Assembly (NCBI GenBank): GCA_963799775.1
Contig: CAWCYD010000003.1
Span: 992,001 to 1,056,000, forward strand
Reading direction: 5' to 3'
From: an uncultured archaeon
Lineage (GTDB): Archaea > Thermoproteota > Nitrososphaeria > Nitrososphaerales > Gagatemarchaeaceae
DNA length: 64,000 bases
The position numbers and the translations under genes were made by a program. This document shows, in pieces, positions 20,181-28,968 of the stretch; within the stretch, counting starts at the first letter, position 1, and every line of letters starts with the position of its first letter. The notes under the pieces are model-generated. The model had not been told where the DNA came from, did no database searches, and saw only the letters and a program-made list of their open reading frames with translations.

Positions 20181-20756
20181 TCATGCGGGCGCGGCCGCTG
20201 CCACCTGGGGTGCCACTGCCTCTGGCGCCGGGGAGGCAGCCGGGGCTTCGACTTGTGCCGGGGCAGGAGCCTTTGGCGTCCCTATCCCGCCGACGACCTG
20301 CATCGAGCCCTCCTCTTGCGCTGTGACGTGATAACCTGGAATGTCCACCGTCCTGCTGCCTATCTTGACGTGGCCATGGACTATCAATTGGCGGGCCTGG
20401 AGCGGCGATACCGCGGCCCCCTTCTTGTAGACCAGGGTCTGCAGCCTCCTTCCCAGCAGGTCCTCGACGCTGAGGTTCAGCACGTCGTCGAGCGCGACAC
20501 CCTCGGCCACGAGTCCCCTCCTGCTCAGGCTGTCCAGGAGCTTCTTTCCGTCCTTGGCGCGCACCTCGGCAGACGCGGCGAGAAGGTGCCTGGCCTGCTT
20601 TCTGATGTTGCTGAGCTCTCCTTGGGTCTTCCACAGCTCTCTCTTGTTCCTTAGGCCGTAGGTCCCGAGAAGGTAGAGCTCCTGGGCGAGCTGCTCACTG
20701 CGCCACGGGTTCTTCGGTCTCGAGAACGACTTCCTCGGCTTTTTCGGATCGCCCAA
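20181..20756 (-). CDS. rps4: 30S ribosomal protein uS4
   Basis: MGDPKKPRK, YGLRNKRELW, QARQLIVHGH. Confidence 0.96.
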   Translation of the reverse strand: MGDPKKPRKSFSRPKNPWRSEQLAQELYLLGTYGLRNKRELWKTQGELSNIRKQARHLLAASAEVRAKDGKKLLDSLSRRGLVAEGVALDDVLNLSVEDLLGRRLQTLVYKKGAAVSPLQARQLIVHGHVKIGSRTVDIPGYHVTAQEEGSMQVVGGIGTPKAPAPAQVEAPAASPAPEAVAPQVAAAAPA

Positions 20757-20775
20757 CTAGTCTCTTTATCTCCCT

Positions 20776-21282
20776 CTACTTCTTCTCTTCAGCAGGCTTG
20801 GCCGCCGCTGCTGCTGCCGCTTGGAGCGCGGACTTGCGGACGCCGACTGTCTTGCCCTTCCTGCCGGTGGTCCTCGTCCTCTGCCCGCGCACCTTTAACC
20901 CTAACGAGTGCCTGACTCCTCTCCAGCTCTGGATGTTCCGCTCCCTCTCGACGTCCTCCCTGTTCGCAAGGTCGAGGTCTGAGCCGATTAGCTGCTTCGT
21001 CAGTCCGGTGTCAGGGCCCCTCCTCCTGTTGAATGCCCACTGCGGGACGTTTAGTGACGACGTGTCCGAGAGTACCCGCTCTATGTCTTTGATCTGGGCC
21101 TCTGACAATGATCCGAACCTCATCTTTGGGTCGATACCTGCCCCCCTCGCGATGGCCTGCGCAAAGTTGTAACCCACGCCCTTCAGGTCAGCGAGGGCCG
21201 CTACAGCCTTCTTCCGTCCGTCCAGGTCCTTTCCTTTCACCCTGACCAGGTACCTGAACTCGGAAGCTTGGGAAGCCGACAA
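20776..21282 (-). CDS. rps13: 30S ribosomal protein uS13
   Basis: WRGVRHSLGLKVRGQRTRTTGR. Confidence 0.96.
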   Translation of the reverse strand: MSASQASEFRYLVRVKGKDLDGRKKAVAALADLKGVGYNFAQAIARGAGIDPKMRFGSLSEAQIKDIERVLSDTSSLNVPQWAFNRRRGPDTGLTKQLIGSDLDLANREDVERERNIQSWRGVRHSLGLKVRGQRTRTTGRKGKTVGVRKSALQAAAAAAAKPAEEKK

Positions 21283-21383
21283 TTTCCAATTTCAGCCCCC
21301 AGCGGTCACATTATAAGAATTGCCTTCATGAACCCTCGTTTCCAAGTCATGGGTGCTTAATAGCCGAGTCCGATTCCTCGTAT

Positions 21384-22556
21384 ATGCTCGTCCTGAAATG
21401 CGTGGCACAGGGATGGGGCCCGCCGCAGGAGATCCTCGATGCCCTTGAAGCTTTTCGCCAGATGATAAACGAATGCATCGCAATCGGAACCAGGGAAAAC
21501 GTAACCTCAATGAGGTCGCTGGGGTCGCGAGCATATCACCGGCTTTCCAGGTACGACGTGCCCGCGTGCTACAGACTCACAGCCATCTCGAAGGCCGCAG
21601 GAATTCTCAGAAACCACCGCAAGTCCCTCAGGAAAAACCCGAATTCTAAGCTTCCACACGCGAAAAAGCCTTGCCCCGTCGACTGTTATGCTTTCAGAGT
21701 CCTCGGAAATCAACTTAGATTGACCGTGAGGCCACATCAATTTGTATTCGTTGTTCTCAATTCTCACACACTCAAGATGATAGCAGGTATGTCACTCCGA
21801 TCCGTCACACTCACGCCGACTCGACTGAGCATAAGCTACGCGAAACTCGCCGAGCCCATCGAACCGGAAGGACTCATAGGCATTGACAGTAACCTCGATA
21901 ATGTTACCATTGCCTCTAGCAATGGAAAAGTTCAAGCGTTCGACCTGTCTCAAGCGACTCAAATCAAGTCGACCTACAGAATGGTAACAGCCCATCTATA
22001 TCGTATCGACCAGAGAATAAGACGGCGCCTTCTTCAAAAATACGGTGCCCTTCAACGAAACAGAGTCGGCTGGATTCTTAACAACGTCTCAAGCTCAATA
22101 GTCAAAATGGCCAAAGCACGGAAATTCGGGATAGTCATGGAGAACCTCAAGGGAATTAGGAGACTTTACGGGAGGAGTTCAGGAAACGGGATGACCCTTA
22201 GATGGCGGATGAACTCGTGGAGCTTCCATGAGCTTCAAAGGCAGATTGAGTATAAGGCGAGGTGGGAGGGAATTCCTGTGACTTACATCGCCTCATGGGG
22301 GACGACTTCGAAGTGCTCGATATGTGGGAAAAGGACAATCCCGAATGAGCACCGCACCTTGTACTGTCCCCAATGTCAAACAAGAGTTGACCGAGATGTA
22401 AATGCAGCACGGAACATCTTGGCAAAGGGAGCGCTGAGGTTCAGCGCTAACGGGTTCGCAAATGAAACGACGAACAGGAACAACGATGAGCCTAGCTTCA
22501 GAGTTGATGCGAATCAGTTGGCATCCGCAGGAACGCGGGATGTTGACGGAACCTAA
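21384..22556 (+). CDS. tnpB: TnpB RNA-guided endonuclease (IS200/IS605 family), no tnpA nearby
   Basis: RuvC GIDSN, IVMENL, DRDVNAARNI; Zn finger CSICG...CPQC; IEYKARWEG; lower GC than flanks. Confidence 0.92.
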   Translation: MLVLKCVAQGWGPPQEILDALEAFRQMINECIAIGTRENVTSMRSLGSRAYHRLSRYDVPACYRLTAISKAAGILRNHRKSLRKNPNSKLPHAKKPCPVDCYAFRVLGNQLRLTVRPHQFVFVVLNSHTLKMIAGMSLRSVTLTPTRLSISYAKLAEPIEPEGLIGIDSNLDNVTIASSNGKVQAFDLSQATQIKSTYRMVTAHLYRIDQRIRRRLLQKYGALQRNRVGWILNNVSSSIVKMAKARKFGIVMENLKGIRRLYGRSSGNGMTLRWRMNSWSFHELQRQIEYKARWEGIPVTYIASWGTTSKCSICGKRTIPNEHRTLYCPQCQTRVDRDVNAARNILAKGALRFSANGFANETTNRNNDEPSFRVDANQLASAGTRDVDGT

Positions 22557-22568
22557 CTTTTTGCGCTT

Positions 22569-23519
22569 CTATAGGATCTCGACGCTGTCGACCTTCCCGT
22601 CCCCGTCCATGTCGAGGCCGTGGAGCACGACGGCGAAGTCCCCGCCCTGCTCAGTGTAACCCTCCAGCACGTGGTCTGCCATGTTGGTGAGCCCTATTAT
22701 CGCCGCCTTCGTCGCGGCGCCCGAGAGGCCGGCGGCGACGACGCACACCTTCGACGGGTCCCACGGGTTCCTGATCTTGGCCAGGACCGAGTCGAACTCC
22801 GAGAGGTATTTGCGGCCCGCCGGGTCCACCAGCGCCCCGAAGAAACCCTCCTCCGTGAAGCGGATGGGCATGTATGAGTTGAGCTCGCCGGAGATGACGT
22901 TCGTGCGAGGGCCGCCGACGACGAGCAGGTTGGAGCCCTGTAGCTTCTCGGCCTTGAGGTCCACGTCCAGCTTCACGGGGAAGACCTTGGGGAGCTTGAC
23001 GTATTGCCCCAGTGCGAAGCCGAGCTGCACCGCGTAGTGGGCGTCCCTCCCCTGCGTCCGGTTGGGGCCGTGGGCTTCAGGGGAGCCGACCACTATCCAG
23101 CCGTCGAGCTGCGAGTCCTCGGAGATGAACTCCTTGAGGAACCTCCCCAGCCTCCCGGAGCGGGACAAGGTCGACGGAGGACCGAACTCCTCGCCTTTGG
23201 TGTCGAACTCGACGGCGTAGCCGTCGGCGGCCAGAGAGTAGAGCTGCGCCTTGCCGCCCCTCACGGTCTTCTGGGTGGTCCGCTCCACGAGGCCCGCCTC
23301 CTCCAGCCTCTTCATGTGGTAGTAGACCGCCTGGTGGTAGAGCTTGAGCTCCCTGGCGATGTTCGAAGGGTAGTTCGGCCCCTTCGCGAGATGGCGGAGG
23401 ATCTTGTGCCCTAGTCCGGCGGCCGCAGGGAAGAAGCCCGACGGGTCCGTATCCGTGAGAACCCGCTTCGCGCGCCCGCTGCGCAGATGGGGGTCGACGA
23501 GCACCTTCTGTTGGCGCAT
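22569..23519 (-). CDS. ArsR-like winged-HTH protein fused to an S-layer_C-like alpha/beta domain
   Basis: YPSNIARELKLYHQAVYYHMKRL; IVVGSPEAHGP; NLLVVGGPRTN; GLDMDGDGKVD. Confidence 0.75.
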   Translation of the reverse strand: MRQQKVLVDPHLRSGRAKRVLTDTDPSGFFPAAAGLGHKILRHLAKGPNYPSNIARELKLYHQAVYYHMKRLEEAGLVERTTQKTVRGGKAQLYSLAADGYAVEFDTKGEEFGPPSTLSRSGRLGRFLKEFISEDSQLDGWIVVGSPEAHGPNRTQGRDAHYAVQLGFALGQYVKLPKVFPVKLDVDLKAEKLQGSNLLVVGGPRTNVISGELNSYMPIRFTEEGFFGALVDPAGRKYLSEFDSVLAKIRNPWDPSKVCVVAAGLSGAATKAAIIGLTNMADHVLEGYTEQGGDFAVVLHGLDMDGDGKVDSVEIL

Positions 23520-23681
23520 GCGACTCGGCGGGGGTTTGACTATTATTAAAGAAATATGCATGGTCTTGTAACAACGGGTCGGGGCTTGCGACCACCATGC
23601 ACAGCCATCTCGGCATACTGGTCTCGGGGAGCAAGGGCTGCTTATTACGTCGCTAGAGCGGGCGGCTCTTCCAGCAGACTC

Positions 23682-25466
23682 ATGTGTGGCATCATCGCGG
23701 CTGTGTCTTCAGAAGAAGAGGTGGCGCCGCTCCTTCTTCAGGGCCTGAAGAGAGAGGAGTACAGGGGCTACGACTCCGCAGGGGTCGCACTGCTCAACGG
23801 GCGAGGCACGATCACAGTCAGAAAGGACGTGGGGCGCGTCGAGCAGCTCCAGAAGAGATACGACGTGGTCAGCCTTCACGGGAAGGCCGGCATCGCCCAC
23901 ACGAGGTGGGCCACTCACGGCGGGGTGTCCCAGAGGAACGCGCATCCGCAGATGTCCTGCAAGGGCGAGGTCGCGGTCGTCCACAATGGGATAATCGGGA
24001 ACTACCTTACGCTCAAGAAGCAGTTGCAGTCAAGGGGCCACAAGTTCGCAAGCGAGACAGACAGCGAGGTGATCCCGCACCTAATCGAGGAGGAATACGC
24101 GAAGCTCGGCGACCCGCTCAAGGCGACGCTCGCTGCGGCGAGGGTGATGAAGGGCCAGTTCGCGTTCGTCGCTCTCTTCAAGGACAGGCCTCAGCTCCTG
24201 ACCGGGGCCAGGTACGACGCGCCGCTGGTCGTCGGGATGGGCGAGAGGACCAAGTTCCTCGCGAGCGACGTGCTCGCGTTCTTGGAGAGGACAGATAGGG
24301 CGGTCTTCCTCGACAACAGGGAGGTGGTCGAGCTCACGCCGGAGGGGCTCCGGGTTTTTGGGATCAACGGGAAGGAGATCCCGTCGAAGCCCAAGGGGGC
24401 GACCCAGGTGGCGTGGGAGCTTGGGAGCCTCTCAAAGGCGAACTACACGCACTACACTCTGAAAGAGATCAACGAGCAGCCAAGGACGGTCCAGAGCGCG
24501 CTCTCTCAGGAGCCCGAGAAGGTGAGGGCGGTCGCGGAGAGGATCAAGAGAGCGAGGTCGGTGGTCTTCACGGCGGCCGGGTCTTCTTACCACGCGGCGC
24601 TCCTCCTGCGGCTAAGGCTCGCCGCTGAGGCGAAGATGAGGTGCGAGGTCGTCATATCGGGAGAGTTCGAGAGGGAGCTCCCTTTCATCGACGAGGGGAC
24701 ACTTGTCGTCGCGCTGAGCCAGAGCGGAGAGACGGCGGACGTCCTCGAGGCGGTGAAGATGGCGAGGAAGCACAATGTGGGAGGCGTGGTCGCCCTGGTG
24801 AACGCGGCGGGCTCGTCGCTCGCAAGGCAGAGCGACGAGACGCTCCTCTTGAACTGCGGCCCCGAGGTCGGTGTAGCGGCGACGAAGAGCTTCACGGCGC
24901 AGGTCATGCTGGGGAACCTGATCCTGGACGAGATGATGGGGAAGGACACGATAGGCGACAGGAGGAAGCTGCAGGGCCTCGTGGAGAAGGCGCTAGAGAC
25001 GGAGAAGCTCATGAAGAAGCTGGCCCGGGAATACAGCGACAGGCCCGACTTTTACTTCATCGCGAGGGGCGGGAACTACCCCGTGGCGCAGGAGGGGGCG
25101 CTCAAGCTCAAGGAGCTCTCGTACATCCACGCCGAGGGGATGCCTGCGAGCGAGCTCAAGCACGGCACGCTCGCCCTCATCGAGAAGGGCACCCCGGTTG
25201 TGGTGATCGCGCCATCTGGTCCGGGATACGAGGACACGATCTCCAACGCGCAGGAGCTCGCGGCGAGGGGGGCGGAGATCATCGGCGTGGGCCAAAGGAA
25301 CCACCCCGTCTTCAAGCACTTTGTGAGGATCCCACCGTCCAACGGGAGCATCGCACCGGTGCTGGAGGTCATCCCCCTCCAGCTCTTGGCGTACTCGATG
25401 GCCACCGAGAGGAAGCACGACCCGGACCATCCGAGGAACCTCGCGAAGTCTGTCACCGTCAAGTAG
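23682..25466 (+). CDS. glmS: Glutamine--fructose-6-phosphate transaminase
   Basis: MCGII, YRGYDSAG, HTRWATHG, SQSGETAD, PRNLAKSVTVK. Confidence 0.97.
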   Translation: MCGIIAAVSSEEEVAPLLLQGLKREEYRGYDSAGVALLNGRGTITVRKDVGRVEQLQKRYDVVSLHGKAGIAHTRWATHGGVSQRNAHPQMSCKGEVAVVHNGIIGNYLTLKKQLQSRGHKFASETDSEVIPHLIEEEYAKLGDPLKATLAAARVMKGQFAFVALFKDRPQLLTGARYDAPLVVGMGERTKFLASDVLAFLERTDRAVFLDNREVVELTPEGLRVFGINGKEIPSKPKGATQVAWELGSLSKANYTHYTLKEINEQPRTVQSALSQEPEKVRAVAERIKRARSVVFTAAGSSYHAALLLRLRLAAEAKMRCEVVISGEFERELPFIDEGTLVVALSQSGETADVLEAVKMARKHNVGGVVALVNAAGSSLARQSDETLLLNCGPEVGVAATKSFTAQVMLGNLILDEMMGKDTIGDRRKLQGLVEKALETEKLMKKLAREYSDRPDFYFIARGGNYPVAQEGALKLKELSYIHAEGMPASELKHGTLALIEKGTPVVVIAPSGPGYEDTISNAQELAARGAEIIGVGQRNHPVFKHFVRIPPSNGSIAPVLEVIPLQLLAYSMATERKHDPDHPRNLAKSVTVK

Positions 25467-25630
25467 TGCTGGTTCCGCTATGTCATGAGTTCATGACCTA
25501 GCTTCGAGGCTTCGACTCTGAGGATTAGTGGCTCCCCTCCGTGTTTCACCCAAACGCAGCTTGTAACAGTATTTAATCGCCCATGCGACCCTGAATAGTC
25601 CTTAAAGCGGGTTCCCGCCGGTGCGAAGTC

Positions 25631-26677
25631 GTGGGACAAAGTAGCGAAGCCAGAGCCGCCAGGAAGAAATCCAAGAAATATCTGCTGAACCCCGAGAAGG
25701 CCATAGAGGTGACGCCGAAGAGCGTCTCCGAGCTCTTGGACGCCATGAGCCAGACCGGGTTCCAGGGCAAGAGGCTGGGCGAGGCGGCGCGCATCTGGGC
25801 GGAGATGGTCAGGGCCGAGGGACTTACGATCTTCATGGGCTACGCGGGTTCCATGAGCACTACGGGTCAGTGGAAGATAGTGAGGTGGCTCATAGAGAAC
25901 AGGTACATCGACGTGCTGGTGAGCACGGGTGCCAACGTCTCGGAGGACATATTCGAGGCGATGGGCCACAACTACTACCAGGGGACATGGATGGCGAACG
26001 ACGAAGAGCTACTCGACGCCAAGATAGACAGGTTCTACGATATCTACGCCGACGAGTACGACTACCGCGAATTGGAGGGTTTGATCAAGAAGTTCGCTTC
26101 GACCCTGGACGCGAAGCGTGTGTACTCAACGAGGGAGTTCCTGAACAGGTTCGGCAAGTACCAGTGGGAAAAGGGCATCAGGAGCATAACGGCCGCGGCG
26201 TGGAGATACAACGTGCCCGTCTACAGCCCGGGACTGATCGACAGCGGCTACGGCGTCGCGCTGAGCCTCCTCAAGAGGGAAGGCAAGCTCATCAGGCTCG
26301 ACCAGACGCAGGACATGGAGGAGCTGGGGCAGATCGCGGAGAGGACGAAGAAGACGGGAGTCGTCTACATCGGCGGCGGCGTCCCCAAGGACACGATCCA
26401 GCTAGCGACGATAATCAAGTCCCTCGCGGAGGGAGGTGAAGTGGAGACGCCGCACGACTATGCGATCCAGATCACCACAGACTCGCCGCAGTGGGGAGGG
26501 CTCTCGGGGTGCACGCTGGAAGAGGCGATAAGCTGGGGGAAGATCGCCGCGGACTCGAAGAGGAGCGTCGTATACTGTGACGCGACGCTGGCTCTGCCCC
26601 TCATCGCGCACGCGCTCAACGAGAAGGTAAAGTCAAGGAAAGACCCGCCCGACCTGAGGTGGGTCTTCAAGCAGTAA
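25631..26677 (+). CDS. dys: Deoxyhypusine synthase (family)
   Basis: TGFQG, STGAN, GGGVPK, GGLSGCTLEEAISWGKI, CDAT. Confidence 0.88.
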   Translation: MGQSSEARAARKKSKKYLLNPEKAIEVTPKSVSELLDAMSQTGFQGKRLGEAARIWAEMVRAEGLTIFMGYAGSMSTTGQWKIVRWLIENRYIDVLVSTGANVSEDIFEAMGHNYYQGTWMANDEELLDAKIDRFYDIYADEYDYRELEGLIKKFASTLDAKRVYSTREFLNRFGKYQWEKGIRSITAAAWRYNVPVYSPGLIDSGYGVALSLLKREGKLIRLDQTQDMEELGQIAERTKKTGVVYIGGGVPKDTIQLATIIKSLAEGGEVETPHDYAIQITTDSPQWGGLSGCTLEEAISWGKIAADSKRSVVYCDATLALPLIAHALNEKVKSRKDPPDLRWVFKQ

Positions 26678-26693
26678 GACGGCCGTCTCCCCA

Positions 26694-28310
26694 TCAAGGA
26701 GAGTACGCCCCCTGGACCAGGCTCCCGTAGCCCGTGGAGTTCCGGAGCAGGGCGACGTAGCTCGTCGAGTTGAGCACGAGGAAGGAGGGCTGCACCATCT
26801 GCGGCTCCATTTGCTTTGAGTTCGAAGTCGAGTAGAATGTCAAGGGGGAGAAGACGATTGTCTTCTCCAAGGCCATGGAGGAAGAATACACCTGGATCCG
26901 GTTCTCGGATAGCGCGAAGAGCGAGCCGTAGGCCCAGACCAGGCTCGCTGCCGGCATCCCTACGTTGTAGAACGCCCCACCCCCGCTTCCAGACGCGCTG
27001 AGCACCTCTATCTGGTCCGTGGAGGGGATGGAGAGGAAGATGTGCGCCCCGTCTGTGGCAAGGCTGGTGTAGCCGTTCGAGTCGAGGTTCCCGTCTCTGA
27101 GCACGCTCCCCGAGGACGCGGAGAAGACGGCGAGGAACGGGTTGGAGCCCTGGTACGGTCCTCCGTAGTAGTTAGGCTGGGACCAGTAGGTCTCGGAGAA
27201 TACAGCCGCGAAGAGGCCCGACCCGGCAGATGACGCGAGGAGGTCGTCGGGGTAGAGGTTGCACACGTTCAGGAACGCAGTCGAGGCCCAGGGGCTGATC
27301 ACCCCTTGCGCGGTCGCGGAGTAGGCGTAGACTGTCACCTCGTTCCCCCTGGGGTTGGAGCATCCGAACCCTCCGGGGTTGGAGGCCGCCTGGTAGACGT
27401 AGAACTGGTTCGCATCGGACGCGGCGAGGTCGTAGCCGTCCGAGGGGAGCGTGGTCGGGGAGGGTCATGTCGACGAGAGGAACCAGCCGTCGTAGTAGGC
27501 GTACAGCGAGTCGGCACCCTTCTGAACCGGTTGGAGGCCGACGGGGTATGGCGGCTGGCCGTTGTTCGGGTACTGGACCTCGATGGTGGTGTAGAGCCTA
27601 AGCAGCCTCATCGAGTAGGTCGAGGTGACGGACCCTGAGGAGCTGAGCCTGTAGAGGTTCGACGTGAAGATGTCGCCGTAGTAGCCGTCCGAGACGTAGA
27701 CCGTCCCTCCCGTCAAGGGCAGGACGTCCGTGACCTCCCCTTGTCCGGCGTCGAAGGACCACTGCTTGAGCCCGGTCTGCGAAGAGAAGGCGCTGGCCGC
27801 GGTCCCCGCGCTCAAGAAATAGCGCGTAGGGTCGCTCGGGTTCTGGTAGAGCTGGGCGTCCACCCCCGGGCCTCCCACCACGGACACCAAGGTCTTCAGG
27901 ACGCCGCTTGGCTGGGAGGAGCCTCCCACAGAGGCCGGGAAGACGTCGCCCAGCTTGGTCACCACGGCGACCGACGTTGGAGAGGGCCCCACTTGGACGA
28001 GGGTGGTCGCGCCCACGGGGAGCGAGGCGCCCACGCTCAGCGTCCTGGAGCCGGTCTTCTCCTGGATGAGCAGGAGAGTGGCGACGGAGGTGATGAGGCC
28101 GTCGTTCACTATCGTCACGTTCCCGCCCTGCGAGAGGCTCACCTTCAGGTGCTCGAGCGACCGCGACTGCTGCACCTGTGCAGCCTGCTGCGCCGCCGCC
28201 TCCGCGCTCTCTCCAGACGATAGCGTGAGAGACAGGGCCTGGAGGGACGCGATGACCAGCAGATAGATCATGATGAACCCGTAGACGGAGGCGAGGCCGC
28301 GACGCCTCAT
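26694..28310 (-). CDS. Pilin-like (class III signal peptide) surface protein with beta-propeller-like region; one in-frame TGA at 27465-27467
   Basis: MRRRG|LASVYGFIMIYLL; ORFs 27465..28400 and 26694..27338 share a frame separated by a single TGA. Confidence 0.65.
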
Positions 28311-28524
28311 GGCCCTGGCCTCTCGGGCCTTCCATCCGCGCCTGCCCCTCACGGGACGATATTGGCGGCCGATATTTAGCCGGCAATGCGCTGTGTTCAA
28401 CGCCTCTCATTCTCTTGTATGCGAGAGCCAATTTTATTCGCCCATGCGCGATTGACGAGCTGACGAAGTAATATCACAGTCGAATGCGCAAAGGGATTTA
28501 TGGGCGCCGGGGAGGCGGGCATCA

Positions 28525-28968
28525 ATGCACTTCGACGGGTCATTCGAGTTCCCTACAGAGAGGCAGAAGGTCTACGATTTCGTGACAGAGCCGATGAAGG
28601 TCACGTCCATCTTCCCGGACGTGCAGGACGTCAAGGTGATCGACGCGAACAATTTCTCGCTAAAGGCGAAGGTGGGGATATCGTTCATCAGAGGGATGAT
28701 GGACGTCAAGATGGCGATAACGGAGAGGAACCCGCCGAACTCCGTCAAGATGCACGCGAAGGGCAACGGCCTCAGCAGCTCCGTCGAGCTGGACACCTCG
28801 TTCACGACGGAGGATTCCCCCACAGGGAAGGGAACGGTGGTAAAGTGGGCAGCGGACGCCAAGATAGCCGGCCTGATGGCGAGCGTCGGCTCAAGGCTGA
28901 TGGACGCCGCCGCTCAAAAGTACGTGACCGAGATCATCGCGTCGCTGAAGGAAAAGCTCTCAGCCTAG
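28525..28968 (+). CDS. coxG: CoxG/SRPBCC family protein
   Basis: FDGSFEF...KVYDF, LMASVGSRLMD; next to a CoxL-like gene. Confidence 0.8.
   Translation: MHFDGSFEFPTERQKVYDFVTEPMKVTSIFPDVQDVKVIDANNFSLKAKVGISFIRGMMDVKMAITERNPPNSVKMHAKGNGLSSSVELDTSFTTEDSPTGKGTVVKWAADAKIAGLMASVGSRLMDAAAQKYVTEIIASLKEKLSA

Noticed and set aside
25482-25497. GTCATGA-GT-TCATGAC palindrome after glmS, and TCATGA in several intergenic regions
   Set aside because: Short, also common in coding DNA, and no longer shared element is visible; cannot support a MITE or operator call
27465-27467. Selenocysteine recoding of the in-frame TGA
   Set aside because: No redox motif context, no SECIS recognised, and a GGA miscall explains it
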